64,000 bases of DNA from Gammaproteobacteria bacterium (lineage in GTDB: Bacteria > Pseudomonadota > Gammaproteobacteria > Poriferisulfidales > GCA-002705445): NCBI GenBank assembly GCA_018674175.1, contig JABHAT010000029.1, positions 57,761 through 121,760 of the forward strand. Reading direction: 5' to 3'. Below, in pieces: positions 9,745-21,030 of this stretch. The position numbers and the translations under genes are program-made. How positions within the stretch are numbered: position 1 is the first letter of the stretch; each line of letters begins with the position of its first letter. The notes beneath the pieces were generated by a model. It was not told the origin of the DNA. It saw nothing but the letters and a program-made list of their open reading frames with translations, and did not search any database.

Positions 9745-10760
9745 TACTTTGCGTTCATCAAAGCTAAAGTTACATCAAGCATTCTATTAGAAAAACCCCA
9801 TTCATTATCATACCAAACATATACTTTTACTAATCTATCATCCATAACTTTTGTTAAATTAGAATCATAAATAGATGATGCTGGGTTATGGTTAAAATCA
9901 GTAGAAACTAGGGGTATGTCATTAAAAGCAACTATATTTTTCATTTCATTCTTAGATGCGTATAAAAGAATTTGATTTATTTCATCTATAGATGTATTTT
10001 TTTTTGTCCTAATAACGAGATCTACAACAGAGACATTTACAGTTGGAATGCGAACAGCAAGACCATCAAGCTTTCCTTCTAACTCTGGAATCACTAATCC
10101 AACATTTTTAGCGGCACCAGTTTTTGTTGGTATCATCGATAAAGTTGCAGCCCTCGCTCTTCTTATATCCGTGTGATTAGCGTCAGTAAGTCTTTGATCA
10201 TTAGTAAAAGAATGGATGGTAGTAATTAACCCATGTTCCACACCAATAACATCATTAAGAACTTTTATTACTGGAGCAATACAATTTGTCGTACACGATG
10301 CGTTTGATATTATCGTATGTTCTTTAGATAAAATTCCTTCATTAACACCGCAAACTATTGTGGCGTCTACATTCTTCCCTGGGGCAGAAATTATTACTTT
10401 TTTTGCACCATTTTTTATATGAATTTCAGTATCTTCTTTCGAATTAAATTTTCCTGTGCATTCATAAACTACATCTACTCCATATTTACCCCAATTTATT
10501 TTGCTTGGGTCTCTTTCTGAGGTAATATTAATTTTATCACTATCAACATACATAAAGTTACTATCCGCCGTAACTTCTTTATTAAATTTTCCGTGAGCAG
10601 AATCATATTTAGTTAAGTGGGCGCTTACGGAATTATCACCAACATCATTAATTGCAACTATTTTCAGTTTTTTATGATCATTCAATTCTGACTCGTAAAG
10701 AGCTCTAAGAATATTTCTACCGATCCTTCCGTAGCCATTTATTCCAATATTAATCGTCAT
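9744..10760 (-). CDS. gap: Type I glyceraldehyde-3-phosphate dehydrogenase
   Basis: [28 protein letters not shown]. Confidence 0.97.
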   Translation of the reverse strand: MTINIGINGYGRIGRNILRALYESELNDHKKLKIVAINDVGDNSVSAHLTKYDSAHGKFNKEVTADSNFMYVDSDKINITSERDPSKINWGKYGVDVVYECTGKFNSKEDTEIHIKNGAKKVIISAPGKNVDATIVCGVNEGILSKEHTIISNASCTTNCIAPVIKVLNDVIGVEHGLITTIHSFTNDQRLTDANHTDIRRARAATLSMIPTKTGAAKNVGLVIPELEGKLDGLAVRIPTVNVSVVDLVIRTKKNTSIDEINQILLYASKNEMKNIVAFNDIPLVSTDFNHNPASSIYDSNLTKVMDDRLVKVYVWYDNEWGFSNRMLDVTLALMNAK

Positions 10761-10776
10761 TTTTTATTTCCTATAT

Positions 10777-12792
10777 TTATTTTTTTTTAAGCATTACTTC
10801 TGCGTGTTCTACAATATTTTGGGAAGTAAAACCAAAATACTTTAGTAGCTCGCCACCCGGGGCAGATTCTCCAAAAGAGTTTATTCCAATTGCTTTTCCT
10901 TTTAATCCGATATATTTATACCAGTGTGAAGTGGATCCAGCTTCTATAGAAATTCGATTTACTATACTTGATGGTAAAATTTCTTCTTTGTATTCTTGCT
11001 CTTGGCTGTCAAAAATATCTGTTGATAGCATAGAAATAACTCTAACATTGATACCTTTATGTTCTAATTCAATCGCAGCATTCATTGTAATACCAACCTC
11101 ACTACCAGTTGCAATTAAAATTAAGTCTAAATTTTTAGAATCTTTTAAAATGTATGCGCCTCTGTTTATTAAAGCTATCTGCTCACTAGTTCTATTTTGG
11201 AATTCACAATTTTGTCTTGATAAGATTAAGCAAGTTGGACCAGCATCATTTTCAATTGCATATTTCCAAGCAATTGCTGTTTCTAAAGTATCGCATGGCC
11301 TAATTACTGTATTATTTGGTATATCTCTTAAACTATTTATTTGTTCTATAGCTTGATGTGTCGGACCATCTTCGCCAAGACCAATAGAATCATGAGTAAA
11401 AACATAAATATTTTTTAAGCCCATTATTGCGCTCATGCGTATTGCATTTTTTGAGTAATCGCAAAAAGTTAAAAAAGTTCCACCGTAAGGTATGAAGCCG
11501 TTATGAGAACTTATTCCGTTCATTATTGCAGACATACCAAATTCTCTTACACCGTAATTTATATAGTTACCATTATTGAATTCTTTAATTTCTTTAGAGC
11601 CTGACCACATTGTTAAGTTTGAGGCGGCAAGATCAGCAGAACCACCCATCATTTCAGGGATAACTTGCGCGTATGCTTCAATTGAGTTTTGAGATGCTTT
11701 TCTTGTAGCTATAGTCTCTTTTTTTTCATTACACGCCTTTATAAAATTTTGTGAACTTTCGATCCATTTTTCAGGAAGCTCTGATGAGATCCTCCTTTCT
11801 AATTCTTTCCCTTCGTGAGGATATTGAGTTTTATAATTTTTAAAATTTTCGTTCCATTCACTTTCTAATAAAGACCCTTTTTCAATATGATTCCAAGCAT
11901 CATATATTTCATTAGGAACATCGAAAGAATCATAATCCCAACCAAGACTTTTCTTAGTTAGGTTTGTTTCCTTATCACCAAAAGGTGCGCCATGAGAACT
12001 TTCACTACCTTCTTTATTTGGAGACCCAAAACCTATCTTTGTTTTACAGCATATTAAGGTAGGTTTATCTTGTGATTTTAAAGCCCTTTCAATTGAATTT
12101 ATTAAATCATTACTTGAGTGACCATCAACATCTGCAATTACGTTCCAATTATATGCTTTAAACCTTTTTACAGTATCATCAGTAAACCACCCATCAACTT
12201 TACCATCAATTGAGATACCATTATCGTCATAAAAAACTATTAGCTTGTTTAATTTTAAAGTGCCGGCCAATGAACATACTTCATGAGAAACTCCTTCCAT
12301 TAAGCAGCCATCTCCTGTGAAAACATATGTATTATGATCGATAATCTTAAAATTTTTCTTATTGTATGTTGCAGCCAAGGTCTTTTCTGCGATAGCCATT
12401 CCTACTGCATTTGCTAAGCCTTGACCAAGAGGTCCAGTTGTTGTTTCTACACCATCCGTAATATGTGCTTCTGGATGACCTGGAGTTTTAGAATGTAATT
12501 GCCTAAAATTTTTAATTTCATCAAGACTCAGATCATACCCTGTGAGGTGGAGCAGACTGTAAAGTAGCATTGAACCGTGGCCATTAGATAAAATAAATCT
12601 ATCTCTGTTAACCCAGTCTGGGTTATTTGGGCTATATTTTAGATAGTCATTCCAAAGAACTTGAGCAATATCTGACATACCGAGAGGCATTCCTGGGTGC
12701 CCAGAATTTGCTTTATCAATAGCGTCTATGGACAAAGCTCTAATAGCATTTGCCATATCTTTTCTTAGCTTATTGTTTATGTTTGCTGCCAA
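10777..12792 (-). CDS. tkt: Transketolase
   Basis: [45 protein letters not shown]. Confidence 0.97.
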   Translation of the reverse strand: MAANINNKLRKDMANAIRALSIDAIDKANSGHPGMPLGMSDIAQVLWNDYLKYSPNNPDWVNRDRFILSNGHGSMLLYSLLHLTGYDLSLDEIKNFRQLHSKTPGHPEAHITDGVETTTGPLGQGLANAVGMAIAEKTLAATYNKKNFKIIDHNTYVFTGDGCLMEGVSHEVCSLAGTLKLNKLIVFYDDNGISIDGKVDGWFTDDTVKRFKAYNWNVIADVDGHSSNDLINSIERALKSQDKPTLICCKTKIGFGSPNKEGSESSHGAPFGDKETNLTKKSLGWDYDSFDVPNEIYDAWNHIEKGSLLESEWNENFKNYKTQYPHEGKELERRISSELPEKWIESSQNFIKACNEKKETIATRKASQNSIEAYAQVIPEMMGGSADLAASNLTMWSGSKEIKEFNNGNYINYGVREFGMSAIMNGISSHNGFIPYGGTFLTFCDYSKNAIRMSAIMGLKNIYVFTHDSIGLGEDGPTHQAIEQINSLRDIPNNTVIRPCDTLETAIAWKYAIENDAGPTCLILSRQNCEFQNRTSEQIALINRGAYILKDSKNLDLILIATGSEVGITMNAAIELEHKGINVRVISMLSTDIFDSQEQEYKEEILPSSIVNRISIEAGSTSHWYKYIGLKGKAIGINSFGESAPGGELLKYFGFTSQNIVEHAEVMLKKK

Positions 12793-13381
12793 TCTTAGTT
12801 TCTTTGTTATTTAAAAGGTTCTCTATATTTTTTTTGTGCTTGTATATTACTACAATAGCTAAAAATAAATATATAGATGTTATTGCTAAATTTTCGTAAC
12901 TTAACCATGTATATATTGGTAAAAAAGTAAATGAGACTATAGCAGATAAAGCAGAGTACCTAAATAGGAATGCTGTTATTAACCAAGTTAATAAGCAAAT
13001 TATGCCCAATATTGGATCGAATGCCAATATTGAACCAAGCGCTGTAGCAACACCTTTACCACCCTTAAAATTATAAAATACGGGGAATATGTGACCAATT
13101 ACTGTTACAAAACCAATAATTTGCACATATAACTTAGCATCAATAAAATAGTAAGCTAGAAAAACTGGTAAAAAACCTTTCAAAATATCAAAAGTAAGTA
13201 TAGTGAGAGCAAGGAATTTATTGCCAGAGCGTAAAATGTTTGTAGCCCCTGGATTTTTTGAGCCATAATCTCTGGGGTCAGGAAGTTTATATATTTTTGA
13301 AAGTATTATAGAACTATTGATAGATCCAAAAATATAACTTAAAGGAATGATAATGATAAAAGATATGAAAAAAGTACCCAA
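12770..13381 (-). CDS. plsY: Glycerol-3-phosphate acyltransferase PlsY
   Basis: [23 protein letters not shown]....E motifs. Confidence 0.95.
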   Translation of the reverse strand: MGTFFISFIIIIPLSYIFGSINSSIILSKIYKLPDPRDYGSKNPGATNILRSGNKFLALTILTFDILKGFLPVFLAYYFIDAKLYVQIIGFVTVIGHIFPVFYNFKGGKGVATALGSILAFDPILGIICLLTWLITAFLFRYSALSAIVSFTFLPIYTWLSYENLAITSIYLFLAIVVIYKHKKNIENLLNNKETKIGSKHKQ

Positions 13382-13420
13382 TTTTTTATCCCCTAAATTT
13401 TATAATAGTTATAATTAAAT

Positions 13421-14173
13421 ATGATTAATTATAAAGATAAAACTAAAGAAAAGTATAAAAAAATATTATTCATTCATGGCTGGGGTTTTAGCGATAAAAT
13501 ATGGATTAATTTTGCTTCTCAACTATTTAAGCCTGAAAGCTGTATTTTTTTAAATATGTATAGCTATTTGGAAAGTTGCGAAGGAGATCTCAAGGTAGCA
13601 GCAAAAAAAGTTTTAGATGATTATAATGATGTAGATTTAATTTTTTCTTGGTCCTTAGGGTGTTATTTAGCTAAAGAAATTGAAGTTTTAGTAAATTTAA
13701 ATACTATAAAAATGATATATATTTCATATTCGCCTAGATTTATGAAATCAAAGAAATGGAATTTTGGCTTTGAGGAAAACCAAATTTTAAAATTAAAAAA
13801 AGATCTTCAGAGTAATAAAGAAAAAGCTATAAAAAATTTTTATTTATTAATACTTGGAAATTTTAGAAATAAAAAATTTTTTTATAAGGAAATACTTTTA
13901 CATATTAATTCAGTAATGAAAGTTAATTTACAAACATTAAATATAGGTTTGGATATTATCAAAAATTCTAGTTATGATAAATCTTGTAAAGATAAAAAAG
14001 CTAAAAACCTTTACATATATGGAGATAAAGACAGCATTGTTTCTTCTGACATCAAAAAATTCATGAGAATTTTAGAGCCAGTTTCCGTTATAAAGGTGCT
14101 ACCAGATTCATCGCACATACCTTTTATAACTAACCGTGAAGATTTCCTCGAAGCTATTAGAGAATTTATATGA
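13421..14173 (+). CDS. bioH: Pimeloyl-ACP methyl ester carboxylesterase (BioH-like alpha/beta hydrolase)
   Basis: HGWG, WSLG nucleophile elbow, GDKD..V, SHIPF; overlaps bioC. Confidence 0.8.
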   Translation: MINYKDKTKEKYKKILFIHGWGFSDKIWINFASQLFKPESCIFLNMYSYLESCEGDLKVAAKKVLDDYNDVDLIFSWSLGCYLAKEIEVLVNLNTIKMIYISYSPRFMKSKKWNFGFEENQILKLKKDLQSNKEKAIKNFYLLILGNFRNKKFFYKEILLHINSVMKVNLQTLNIGLDIIKNSSYDKSCKDKKAKNLYIYGDKDSIVSSDIKKFMRILEPVSVIKVLPDSSHIPFITNREDFLEAIREFI

Positions 14174-14964
14174 GTGAAAAAATAAAAAAAAATGTCGCTA
14201 AAAATTATATTGATTCAGCTGTTGTGCAGAAAGAAATTATTAATAGATTAATGCAAAGATTATCTTTTTTTAATTTATCGCCAAGAAAAGTTATTGATAT
14301 TGGTTCAGGTGTTGGGCTTAGTACCAAAAAATTAATGGATCTATATTCTAAATCTGAGTTTCATATGCTGGATAATTCATTAAAATCATTAGAAGAAAAT
14401 ATTATAAATGAAAATAATTTATTTACAGTTTGCGCAGATTTCACAAAAGTTCCATACGAAAGCAATACTTTTGATTTTGTATTTTCCTCGTCAGCACTTC
14501 ACTGGGAGCTAGATATACATTCTTCCTTTAAAGAAATATTTCGAATCTTGAAACCCGGAGGATTACTTTTATTTTCAACATATGGCCCAGATACATTAAT
14601 TGAACTGAGGTCAGCATGGGCACAAGTTGATAATAAAAAGCATGTTAATGAATTTTATGATATGCACGATATTGGCGATCTTATGTTGAATTTAAATTTT
14701 ATAGATTCTGTAGTTGATGCTGAAAAAATTATTATTCAATATGAAAATATTCTTCAACTACAAAAAGATCTGAAAAATATCGGATCAAAAGTCTTGCCGG
14801 GAGATGATAGATCAAAAAGCTTGTCAGGTGTTAGTGCAATGAAGACCATGTATGCAGAATATGGCAATTTTAGATCAAAATCTGGAGATTTACCTGCTAC
14901 CTACGAAGTAATTTATGGGTCAGCATGGAAAAAAATGGATAATATAATTCAGTATAGAAAATAA
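14170..14964 (+). CDS. bioC: Malonyl-ACP O-methyltransferase
   Basis: DIGSG.G, LKPGG..LFSTYGPDTL.EL, F.DMHDIGD, PATYEVIYG.AW. Confidence 0.9.
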   Translation: MSEKIKKNVAKNYIDSAVVQKEIINRLMQRLSFFNLSPRKVIDIGSGVGLSTKKLMDLYSKSEFHMLDNSLKSLEENIINENNLFTVCADFTKVPYESNTFDFVFSSSALHWELDIHSSFKEIFRILKPGGLLLFSTYGPDTLIELRSAWAQVDNKKHVNEFYDMHDIGDLMLNLNFIDSVVDAEKIIIQYENILQLQKDLKNIGSKVLPGDDRSKSLSGVSAMKTMYAEYGNFRSKSGDLPATYEVIYGSAWKKMDNIIQYRK

Positions 14965-15059
14965 GTAGGTAAATTCACAAATTTTTTAGTTTGTACACTA
15001 TATTATTAAAGCCTAATTTAGTATACTGTTGCCATCAAATTTACATGGTTATTTGCAGT

Positions 15060-15527
15060 ATGATTCAGTATAAAGAAGGCGAATTTAAGGAATTTATAAT
15101 TAAGCCCAATAATTCACTATCTTGGAAAGGTAATAAGATATTTTTCTTTATACTTTTTTTTGTATCTTTTGTAATTGCATTTTCATTTGCAATGGCTGGA
15201 ATGTGGTTAATATTGCCATTTGCAGGGCTAGAAATGATTTTGTTAGGATCTGCTCTTACATTTTGTTATATAAAAAATTCTCAATGTGAAATAGTTAAAA
15301 TTGATGAAAAGAACGTATCAGTTTCATTAATAAAATCGAGGAACAAAAAAGTTTTCGGTTGTCGTAAATATTGGGCGAAGTTTATTCTAAATAAGCCTCG
15401 TCTAAAAGGGTATCCGCACAAATTAGTCTTAAGGTCTGCGGGTAGAGAAATGGAGATCGGCGCTTTGTTAACTGATGAAGAGAGAATAAAGCTAGCCGGA
15501 ATGTTGAAAAAAAACGTAGAGCAATAA
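15060..15527 (+). CDS. DUF2244 family membrane protein
   Basis: PN.SL, G.W.ILPFAGLE, EIG..L.DEER..LA; commonly upstream of coxB; start set to ATG 15060. Confidence 0.85.
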   Translation: MIQYKEGEFKEFIIKPNNSLSWKGNKIFFFILFFVSFVIAFSFAMAGMWLILPFAGLEMILLGSALTFCYIKNSQCEIVKIDEKNVSVSLIKSRNKKVFGCRKYWAKFILNKPRLKGYPHKLVLRSAGREMEIGALLTDEERIKLAGMLKKNVEQ

Positions 15528-15540
15528 ATATGCAAGGAGT

Positions 15541-16356
15541 ATGCAAATAATGTCTTTAATAAAAAACCTGATTTTTTTTATAGCCTCAATGTCAGTATTT
15601 AACATAGCACAAGCTGGTTGGTTAGATTTGAATATGACAGAGGGCGTTACTGATTTAAGTCAGGAAGTTTTTGGCCTTCATATGTTAATACTTTGGATAT
15701 GCGTAGTAATCGGGGTTATTGTTTTTGGTGCTATGTTTTGGTCAATAGCAATGCATAGGAAATCTAGAGGTGTTACGCCAGCAACATTTCATGAAAGCAC
15801 AAGTTTGGAGTTTTTGTGGACCATTGTTCCATTTGTAATTTTAATTGGAATGGCTGTCCCTGCTACGAAAACCTTGATAAAAATGTATGATCATAGTGAT
15901 TCAGAGATTCACATTAAAATTACTGGTTATCAATGGCTATGGCAATACGAGTATTTAAATACGAATGTCTCTTTCTACAGTAAATTATCTACCCCATATA
16001 ATGAGATATATAATAAAGACACTAAGAATATTAATTATTTACAAGAAGTAGATAAGCATCTAGTCGTCCCAGTTAACAAAAAAATTAGATTTCTATTAAC
16101 ATCAAATGATGTTTTACATGCATGGTGGGTCCCAGATCTTGCATTAAAAAGAGATGCAATACCTGGATATATAAATGAAATGTCAGTAGTTATAAATGAG
16201 CCAGGAATTTATAGAGGTAGATGCGCAGAACTATGCGGAAGACATCACGGGTTTATGCCTATTGTTATTGAGGCGGTAGAAGAAAAAGAGTATGAAGAAT
16301 GGCTAGCGAATGCTGATAAAGTTAAATCATCTGACGTAGCTAAAATTAATAAATAA
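15541..16356 (+). CDS. coxB: Cytochrome c oxidase subunit II
   Basis: GYQWLW, DVLHAW, CuA motif CAELCGRHHGFM. Confidence 0.97.
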   Translation: MQIMSLIKNLIFFIASMSVFNIAQAGWLDLNMTEGVTDLSQEVFGLHMLILWICVVIGVIVFGAMFWSIAMHRKSRGVTPATFHESTSLEFLWTIVPFVILIGMAVPATKTLIKMYDHSDSEIHIKITGYQWLWQYEYLNTNVSFYSKLSTPYNEIYNKDTKNINYLQEVDKHLVVPVNKKIRFLLTSNDVLHAWWVPDLALKRDAIPGYINEMSVVINEPGIYRGRCAELCGRHHGFMPIVIEAVEEKEYEEWLANADKVKSSDVAKINK

Positions 16357-16368
16357 GGGAGAAATATT

Positions 16369-17940
16369 ATGAGTTCGGTTGTAAAAGATGAACACCACGA
16401 CGAACACCCATCAGGAATTATGAGATGGATTACTACTACAAATCATAAAGATATAGGAACACTTTATCTTTGGTTTGCAATGATAATGTTCTTTATTGGC
16501 GGACTGATGGCATTAGTTATAAGATCAGAGCTTTTTCAGCCAGGATTACAATTTGTAGATCCTCAGTTCTTTAATTCCATGACTACAATGCATGCTCTTG
16601 TGATGATATTTGGTGTTGTGATGCCTGCATTTACAGGCTTAGCTAATTGGATGATACCTATTATGGTTGGTGGTCCAGATATGGCTTTACCTAGAATGAA
16701 TAATTGGAGTTTCTGGATTATGCCTTTTGCATTTTCTATGCTTCTCTCAACTTTATTTATGGATGGTGGAGCACCCGCAGGTGGCTGGACATTATACCCA
16801 CCACTAAGTCTTCAAACTGGTGATGCATTTCCATTCCTAATTTTTGCGATACACTTCATGGGCTTATCTTCAATAATGGGAGCTATTAATATAGTGGCAA
16901 CAATTTTAAATATGCGAGCTCCAGGAATGACTTTAATGAAGATGCCATTATTTGTTTGGACTTGGTTAATTACAGCATTTTTATTGATAGCAGTAATGCC
17001 GGTGTTAGCAGGCGGAGTTACTATGCTTTTAACAGATAAATTTTTTGGAACTAGTTTTTTTAATGCTGCAGGTGGTGGAGATCCAGTAATGTTCCAACAT
17101 ATTTTTTGGTTCTTTGGGCATCCAGAAGTATATATATTAATCTTACCTTCTTTTGGAGTTGTTTCAGCTATTATCCCTACTTTTGCAAGAAAACCCCTAT
17201 TTGGATATGCCTCTATGGTGTATGCAACTGCATCAATTGCTTTTTTATCATTTATCGTTTGGGCGCATCATATGTTTACAGTTGGTATGCCGCTAGCTGG
17301 AGAAGTATTTTTTATGTTTGCAACAATGTTGATTGCGGTTCCTACAGGGGTAAAAGTATTTAATTGGGTTACAACTATGTGGAAAGGAGCTATGACATTT
17401 GAAACTCCAATGTTATTTGCAATAGGTTTTATTGTAATGTTTACTATTGGAGGTTTTTCAGGATTAATGCTAGCTATTACTCCAGCTGATTTTCAGTACC
17501 ATGATACATATTTCGTAGTTGCGCATTTTCATTATGTATTAGTACCTGGATCAATATTTGCAATAATGGCCGCATGTTATTACTGGCTTCCAAAATGGAC
17601 AGGAAATATGTATTCAGAAACTTTAGGAAAAACTCATTTCTGGCTTTCAACAATTTTTGTCAATTTAACTTTCTTTCCAATGCATTTCGTTGGTTTAGCT
17701 GGTATGCCAAGAAGAATTCCAGATTATTCGCTACAATTTGCTGACTACAATATGATTGCAAGTATTGGTGCATTTGGTTTTGGGTTTGCGCAATTAATAT
17801 TTTTATATCTAATAATTAAAACTATAAAAGGCGGCACAAAAGCAACAGATCAAGTATGGGAAGGAGCTGAAGGGTTAGAGTGGACATTGTCTTCACCGCC
17901 TCCATACCATTCATTCAATACACCGCCAGTTATAAAATAG
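16369..17940 (+). CDS. coxA: Cytochrome c oxidase subunit I (aa3 type)
   Basis: TTNHKDIG, WFFGHPEVY, WAHHM, HDTYFVVAHFHY, GMPRR. Confidence 0.98.
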   Translation: MSSVVKDEHHDEHPSGIMRWITTTNHKDIGTLYLWFAMIMFFIGGLMALVIRSELFQPGLQFVDPQFFNSMTTMHALVMIFGVVMPAFTGLANWMIPIMVGGPDMALPRMNNWSFWIMPFAFSMLLSTLFMDGGAPAGGWTLYPPLSLQTGDAFPFLIFAIHFMGLSSIMGAINIVATILNMRAPGMTLMKMPLFVWTWLITAFLLIAVMPVLAGGVTMLLTDKFFGTSFFNAAGGGDPVMFQHIFWFFGHPEVYILILPSFGVVSAIIPTFARKPLFGYASMVYATASIAFLSFIVWAHHMFTVGMPLAGEVFFMFATMLIAVPTGVKVFNWVTTMWKGAMTFETPMLFAIGFIVMFTIGGFSGLMLAITPADFQYHDTYFVVAHFHYVLVPGSIFAIMAACYYWLPKWTGNMYSETLGKTHFWLSTIFVNLTFFPMHFVGLAGMPRRIPDYSLQFADYNMIASIGAFGFGFAQLIFLYLIIKTIKGGTKATDQVWEGAEGLEWTLSSPPPYHSFNTPPVIK

Positions 17941-17962
17941 TAATAGGCTACTGGGAGAAATT

Positions 17963-18061
17963 TTGGAAACAAGACAAAAAGTAAAAGTCACAACAATTAT
18001 TTTAGTTGTAATGGCCTTAGCAATTTATATTGGTTTTTATTTTATTATGTCTAGTAGGTGA
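17963..18061 (+). CDS. Small single-TM protein in the cox operon (32 aa, not in ORF track)
   Basis: GGGAGA RBS then TTG; METRQKVKVTTIILVVMALAIYIGFYFIMSSR; fills the coxA-ctaG gap. Confidence 0.7.
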   Translation: METRQKVKVTTIILVVMALAIYIGFYFIMSSR

Positions 18062-18069
18062 TAAGGAAT

Positions 18070-18612
18070 ATGAAAGAAAAAAAGTTAAATATTAGAACAG
18101 CAAAAAAACTAATTTTTATTTGTTTTTCAATGTTTCTATTTTCTTTTGCATTAATACCTTTATACAATATAATTTGCGATGTTACAGGTTTGAATGGAAA
18201 TACATCTAATCTAAAGGAAAAAGTTGAAGCTTATACTGAAACAATTAGTACTGAAAAGCTTAATGTGCAGTTTATCTCTCACCAATATAATGGTGAGAAA
18301 TTAGTTTTCAAACCTTCCGAATTTGAAATGGTTGTATCTCCTGGAAAGGTCTATAGCACAGTTTATATTGCTACAAATAAAACTAATTCAAATATAGTTG
18401 GTCAAGCTGTACCTAGTGTCTCTCCAAACGAGGCAGCAAAATACTTAAAAAAAATAGAATGTTTCTGTTTTGAGGAGCAAACTTTTGAGCCGGGTAAGGT
18501 AGTTCAGTTGCCGTTATATTTTGCTATAGATGAAAAACTACCAAATAGAATAAAAACAATAACATTATCATATTCATTTTTCGAAGCGCTGAATGTTTCT
18601 AAAAAAGATTAA
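18070..18612 (+). CDS. ctaG: Cytochrome c oxidase assembly protein CtaG/Cox11
   Basis: PLY..ICDVTGLNG, GQAVPSV.P, KIECFCF; start at ATG 18070 after AAGGAA. Confidence 0.95.
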   Translation: MKEKKLNIRTAKKLIFICFSMFLFSFALIPLYNIICDVTGLNGNTSNLKEKVEAYTETISTEKLNVQFISHQYNGEKLVFKPSEFEMVVSPGKVYSTVYIATNKTNSNIVGQAVPSVSPNEAAKYLKKIECFCFEEQTFEPGKVVQLPLYFAIDEKLPNRIKTITLSYSFFEALNVSKKD

Positions 18613-18633
18613 AAATTAAAGGGGAAAATTAAA

Positions 18634-19503
18634 ATGTCTGAATCAGGAAGTTATTACATACCACACGGAAGCAAGTGGCCAATTATAGCAACAATAGGAG
18701 TCTGTACTGCTATGGTTGGCGGGTCATCCTTACTAAATGGAAATGATATAGGTAAATATATTCTTTACGTCGGATTAGCAATAGTTGTTTATATGATGGT
18801 GGGTTGGTTCAGCACAGTGGTTTCTGAAGGCGAAGAAGGCCTTTATGATTCGCAAGTTGATGCGTCATTTAGATGGGGAATGATTTGGTTTATTTTTTCA
18901 GAAGTTATGTTTTTTGCAGCTTTCTTCGGAGCACTTTTTTATGTAAGAACTTACTCCCTTCCATGGCTGGGCGGAGAAGGAGCCGGATTAGTAACAAATA
19001 CTTTTCTTTGGCCAGGGTATGAGAATGTTTGGCCGTTAACAGCTAATGGTCCAGGAGAAGTTGGTGGTCAATTTAAAACTATGGGAGCTTGGGGCTTGCC
19101 AGCATTAAATACAGCTATTTTGCTAACTAGCGGAGTAACATTGACTTGGGCACACCACGCATTAAAAGAAATGAAGAGAATACAACTAATTGCAGGGTTA
19201 AGTTTAACAGTCGCACTAGGTATTATCTTTATGTATTTTCAAGCAATGGAGTACGGCCATGCATTTAATGATTTAAATTTAAATATGGGAAGCGGAATTT
19301 ATGGTTCAACATTTTTTATGCTTACTGGATTTCATGGTTTTCACGTAACAATAGGGACAATAATGTTAATGGTTATATTGGGGAGATCCATATATGGTCA
19401 TTTCAATCCAAACAACCACTTTGCCTTTGAGGCAGTTGCGTGGTATTGGCACTTTGTTGATGTTGTCTGGCTAGGATTATTTATTTTTGTATATTGGATA
19501 TAG
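18634..19503 (+). CDS. coxC: Cytochrome c oxidase subunit III
   Basis: WFIFSEVMFF, LTGFHGFHV, AWYWHFVDVVW. Confidence 0.97.
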   Translation: MSESGSYYIPHGSKWPIIATIGVCTAMVGGSSLLNGNDIGKYILYVGLAIVVYMMVGWFSTVVSEGEEGLYDSQVDASFRWGMIWFIFSEVMFFAAFFGALFYVRTYSLPWLGGEGAGLVTNTFLWPGYENVWPLTANGPGEVGGQFKTMGAWGLPALNTAILLTSGVTLTWAHHALKEMKRIQLIAGLSLTVALGIIFMYFQAMEYGHAFNDLNLNMGSGIYGSTFFMLTGFHGFHVTIGTIMLMVILGRSIYGHFNPNNHFAFEAVAWYWHFVDVVWLGLFIFVYWI

Positions 19504-19509
19504 TTAATT

Positions 19510-19710
19510 TTATATACCATGTGGCTGGATATAGCCATTCATATACATAATAATCAAGATGGCAAATAGGAGAACCGAAAGGCCTATTCTTACTTTAAGT
19601 GCATTAACAGCTCTTTTCTTATTACCCTTGTCTTTAATTAAGAAAAATAATGAACTAAATAAACTTATAATGATAAGCAGGAATAGAAATATAAATATGA
19701 TTTTTAACAT
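19510..19710 (-). CDS. Twin-TM small protein (DUF2909 family)
   Basis: II.SL..SLF.L.KD.G...R.V.AL..RIGLS...G.IQPHG; usual position between coxC and SURF1. Confidence 0.85.
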   Translation of the reverse strand: MLKIIFIFLFLLIIISLFSSLFFLIKDKGNKKRAVNALKVRIGLSVLLFAILIIMYMNGYIQPHGI

Positions 19711-19727
19711 TAGTAAATTTTTTATTT

Positions 19728-20456
19728 ATGAAACTTAAACTACTTTCTAGCATCATTTTTCTGTTGTGTATATCCTTATTTCTTTCTTTAGGATTTTGGC
19801 AGCTTGATAGAGCAAATGAAAAAGAAAATATTATAAAGCTTTATGAGGAAAGACAGAGTTCAGATATTGTTTCATTAAATTATATCGGCAAAAAACCTAT
19901 TAAGGATAAGTATTATAGAAATTATAAGATTAAGGGACGATATATCAACCAAACATTTCTTATAGATAATAAAATAAAAGATAAGCAGCCAGGATTTAAT
20001 GTAATAAGTCTATTTCGAATTTCATCTAGCAAAGAAATAATTCTAGTTGATAGAGGTTGGATAAAAATGAAAGGTCAAAGACAAAATATAGAAAAAAATT
20101 TCAAATTTTTAAATAATGAAAATATAGAAAAAAATGTACAAGAAATTTACGGGTATATCTACCCTAGAGAGAAGAGTTATACTATTGGTGATATATCGAC
20201 AAATAAAAGTTGGCCGAGATTACTGCAAGCTATAAATTTCAATGAAATTAAAAGCACTATTAAGGTAAGCGAGCCATTTGTTGAAGGGATAGTATTTAGA
20301 TTAAGTGAAAATAATAAATTTGGATTTAAGAGGGATTGGAAAATTGTGTTCATGGATAGTACTAAGCATTTGGGTTACGCATTTCAATGGTTCAGTATGG
20401 CGTTAGCTCTTGTAATTCTAATAATTTTATTTTTTGTGAGAATGAAAAATGAGTAA
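19728..20456 (+). CDS. SURF1 family protein
   Basis: LGFWQLDRA.EK, LVDRGW, HLGYAFQWF. Confidence 0.93.
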   Translation: MKLKLLSSIIFLLCISLFLSLGFWQLDRANEKENIIKLYEERQSSDIVSLNYIGKKPIKDKYYRNYKIKGRYINQTFLIDNKIKDKQPGFNVISLFRISSSKEIILVDRGWIKMKGQRQNIEKNFKFLNNENIEKNVQEIYGYIYPREKSYTIGDISTNKSWPRLLQAINFNEIKSTIKVSEPFVEGIVFRLSENNKFGFKRDWKIVFMDSTKHLGYAFQWFSMALALVILIILFFVRMKNE

Positions 20457-21021
20457 AAAAACTAGTTATTTTTCTTTAATAAAAACAAGGTTATTTTTTT
20501 TATTAATAATATTATCTTTTGCGGGGCCTTTAGTTCTTGCAACTGTAATGTATAAGTATAGTGATCTTATATCAGTAGCCCCGCCAAAATCTTACGGAAA
20601 TTTAATTGAGCCAGTTATAACAATTAGCGAGAAGGAAGATTTTAATAATATTTTAGGGAATAAAAAATGGACATTTTTGTATGTTTATGAAAATGAATCA
20701 TGCGATCTTCTTTGCGAAGCAACATTATATATGATGCAACAAGTCAGAGAGTCTGTTGGAAGAGAAAGACAGAGAATATCAAATTTAGTTATAGTAAATA
20801 AAAATTTCAAAAATGAAGATAATGAAAAAATTATAAATAAATATAATAAAATAAAATTACTAGATATCATTCAAAAACCATTTTTTAATAAATTGAAAAA
20901 AAATCATCTATACATCGTTGATCCTTTAGGAAATATTTTTATATATTATGAGAAAGACTTTAAAGCAAAAGGATTGAAAAAAGATATTAAGAAAATACTT
21001 AGAATTTCAAGGATTGGTTGA
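20449..21021 (+). CDS. Membrane-anchored SCO/thioredoxin-like protein of the cox cluster
   Basis: N-terminal TM, YG.LI.P, CDLLC (CxxxC), VDPLGN, DIKKIL.ISRIG. Confidence 0.75.
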   Translation: MSKKTSYFSLIKTRLFFLLIILSFAGPLVLATVMYKYSDLISVAPPKSYGNLIEPVITISEKEDFNNILGNKKWTFLYVYENESCDLLCEATLYMMQQVRESVGRERQRISNLVIVNKNFKNEDNEKIINKYNKIKLLDIIQKPFFNKLKKNHLYIVDPLGNIFIYYEKDFKAKGLKKDIKKILRISRIG

Positions 21022-21030
21022 GTTATTCAT

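Noticed and set aside
14991-14997. TTGTACA upstream of DUF2244/coxB as a second site for the MerR regulator
   Set aside because: A single hexamer is expected by chance and could simply be a -35 element
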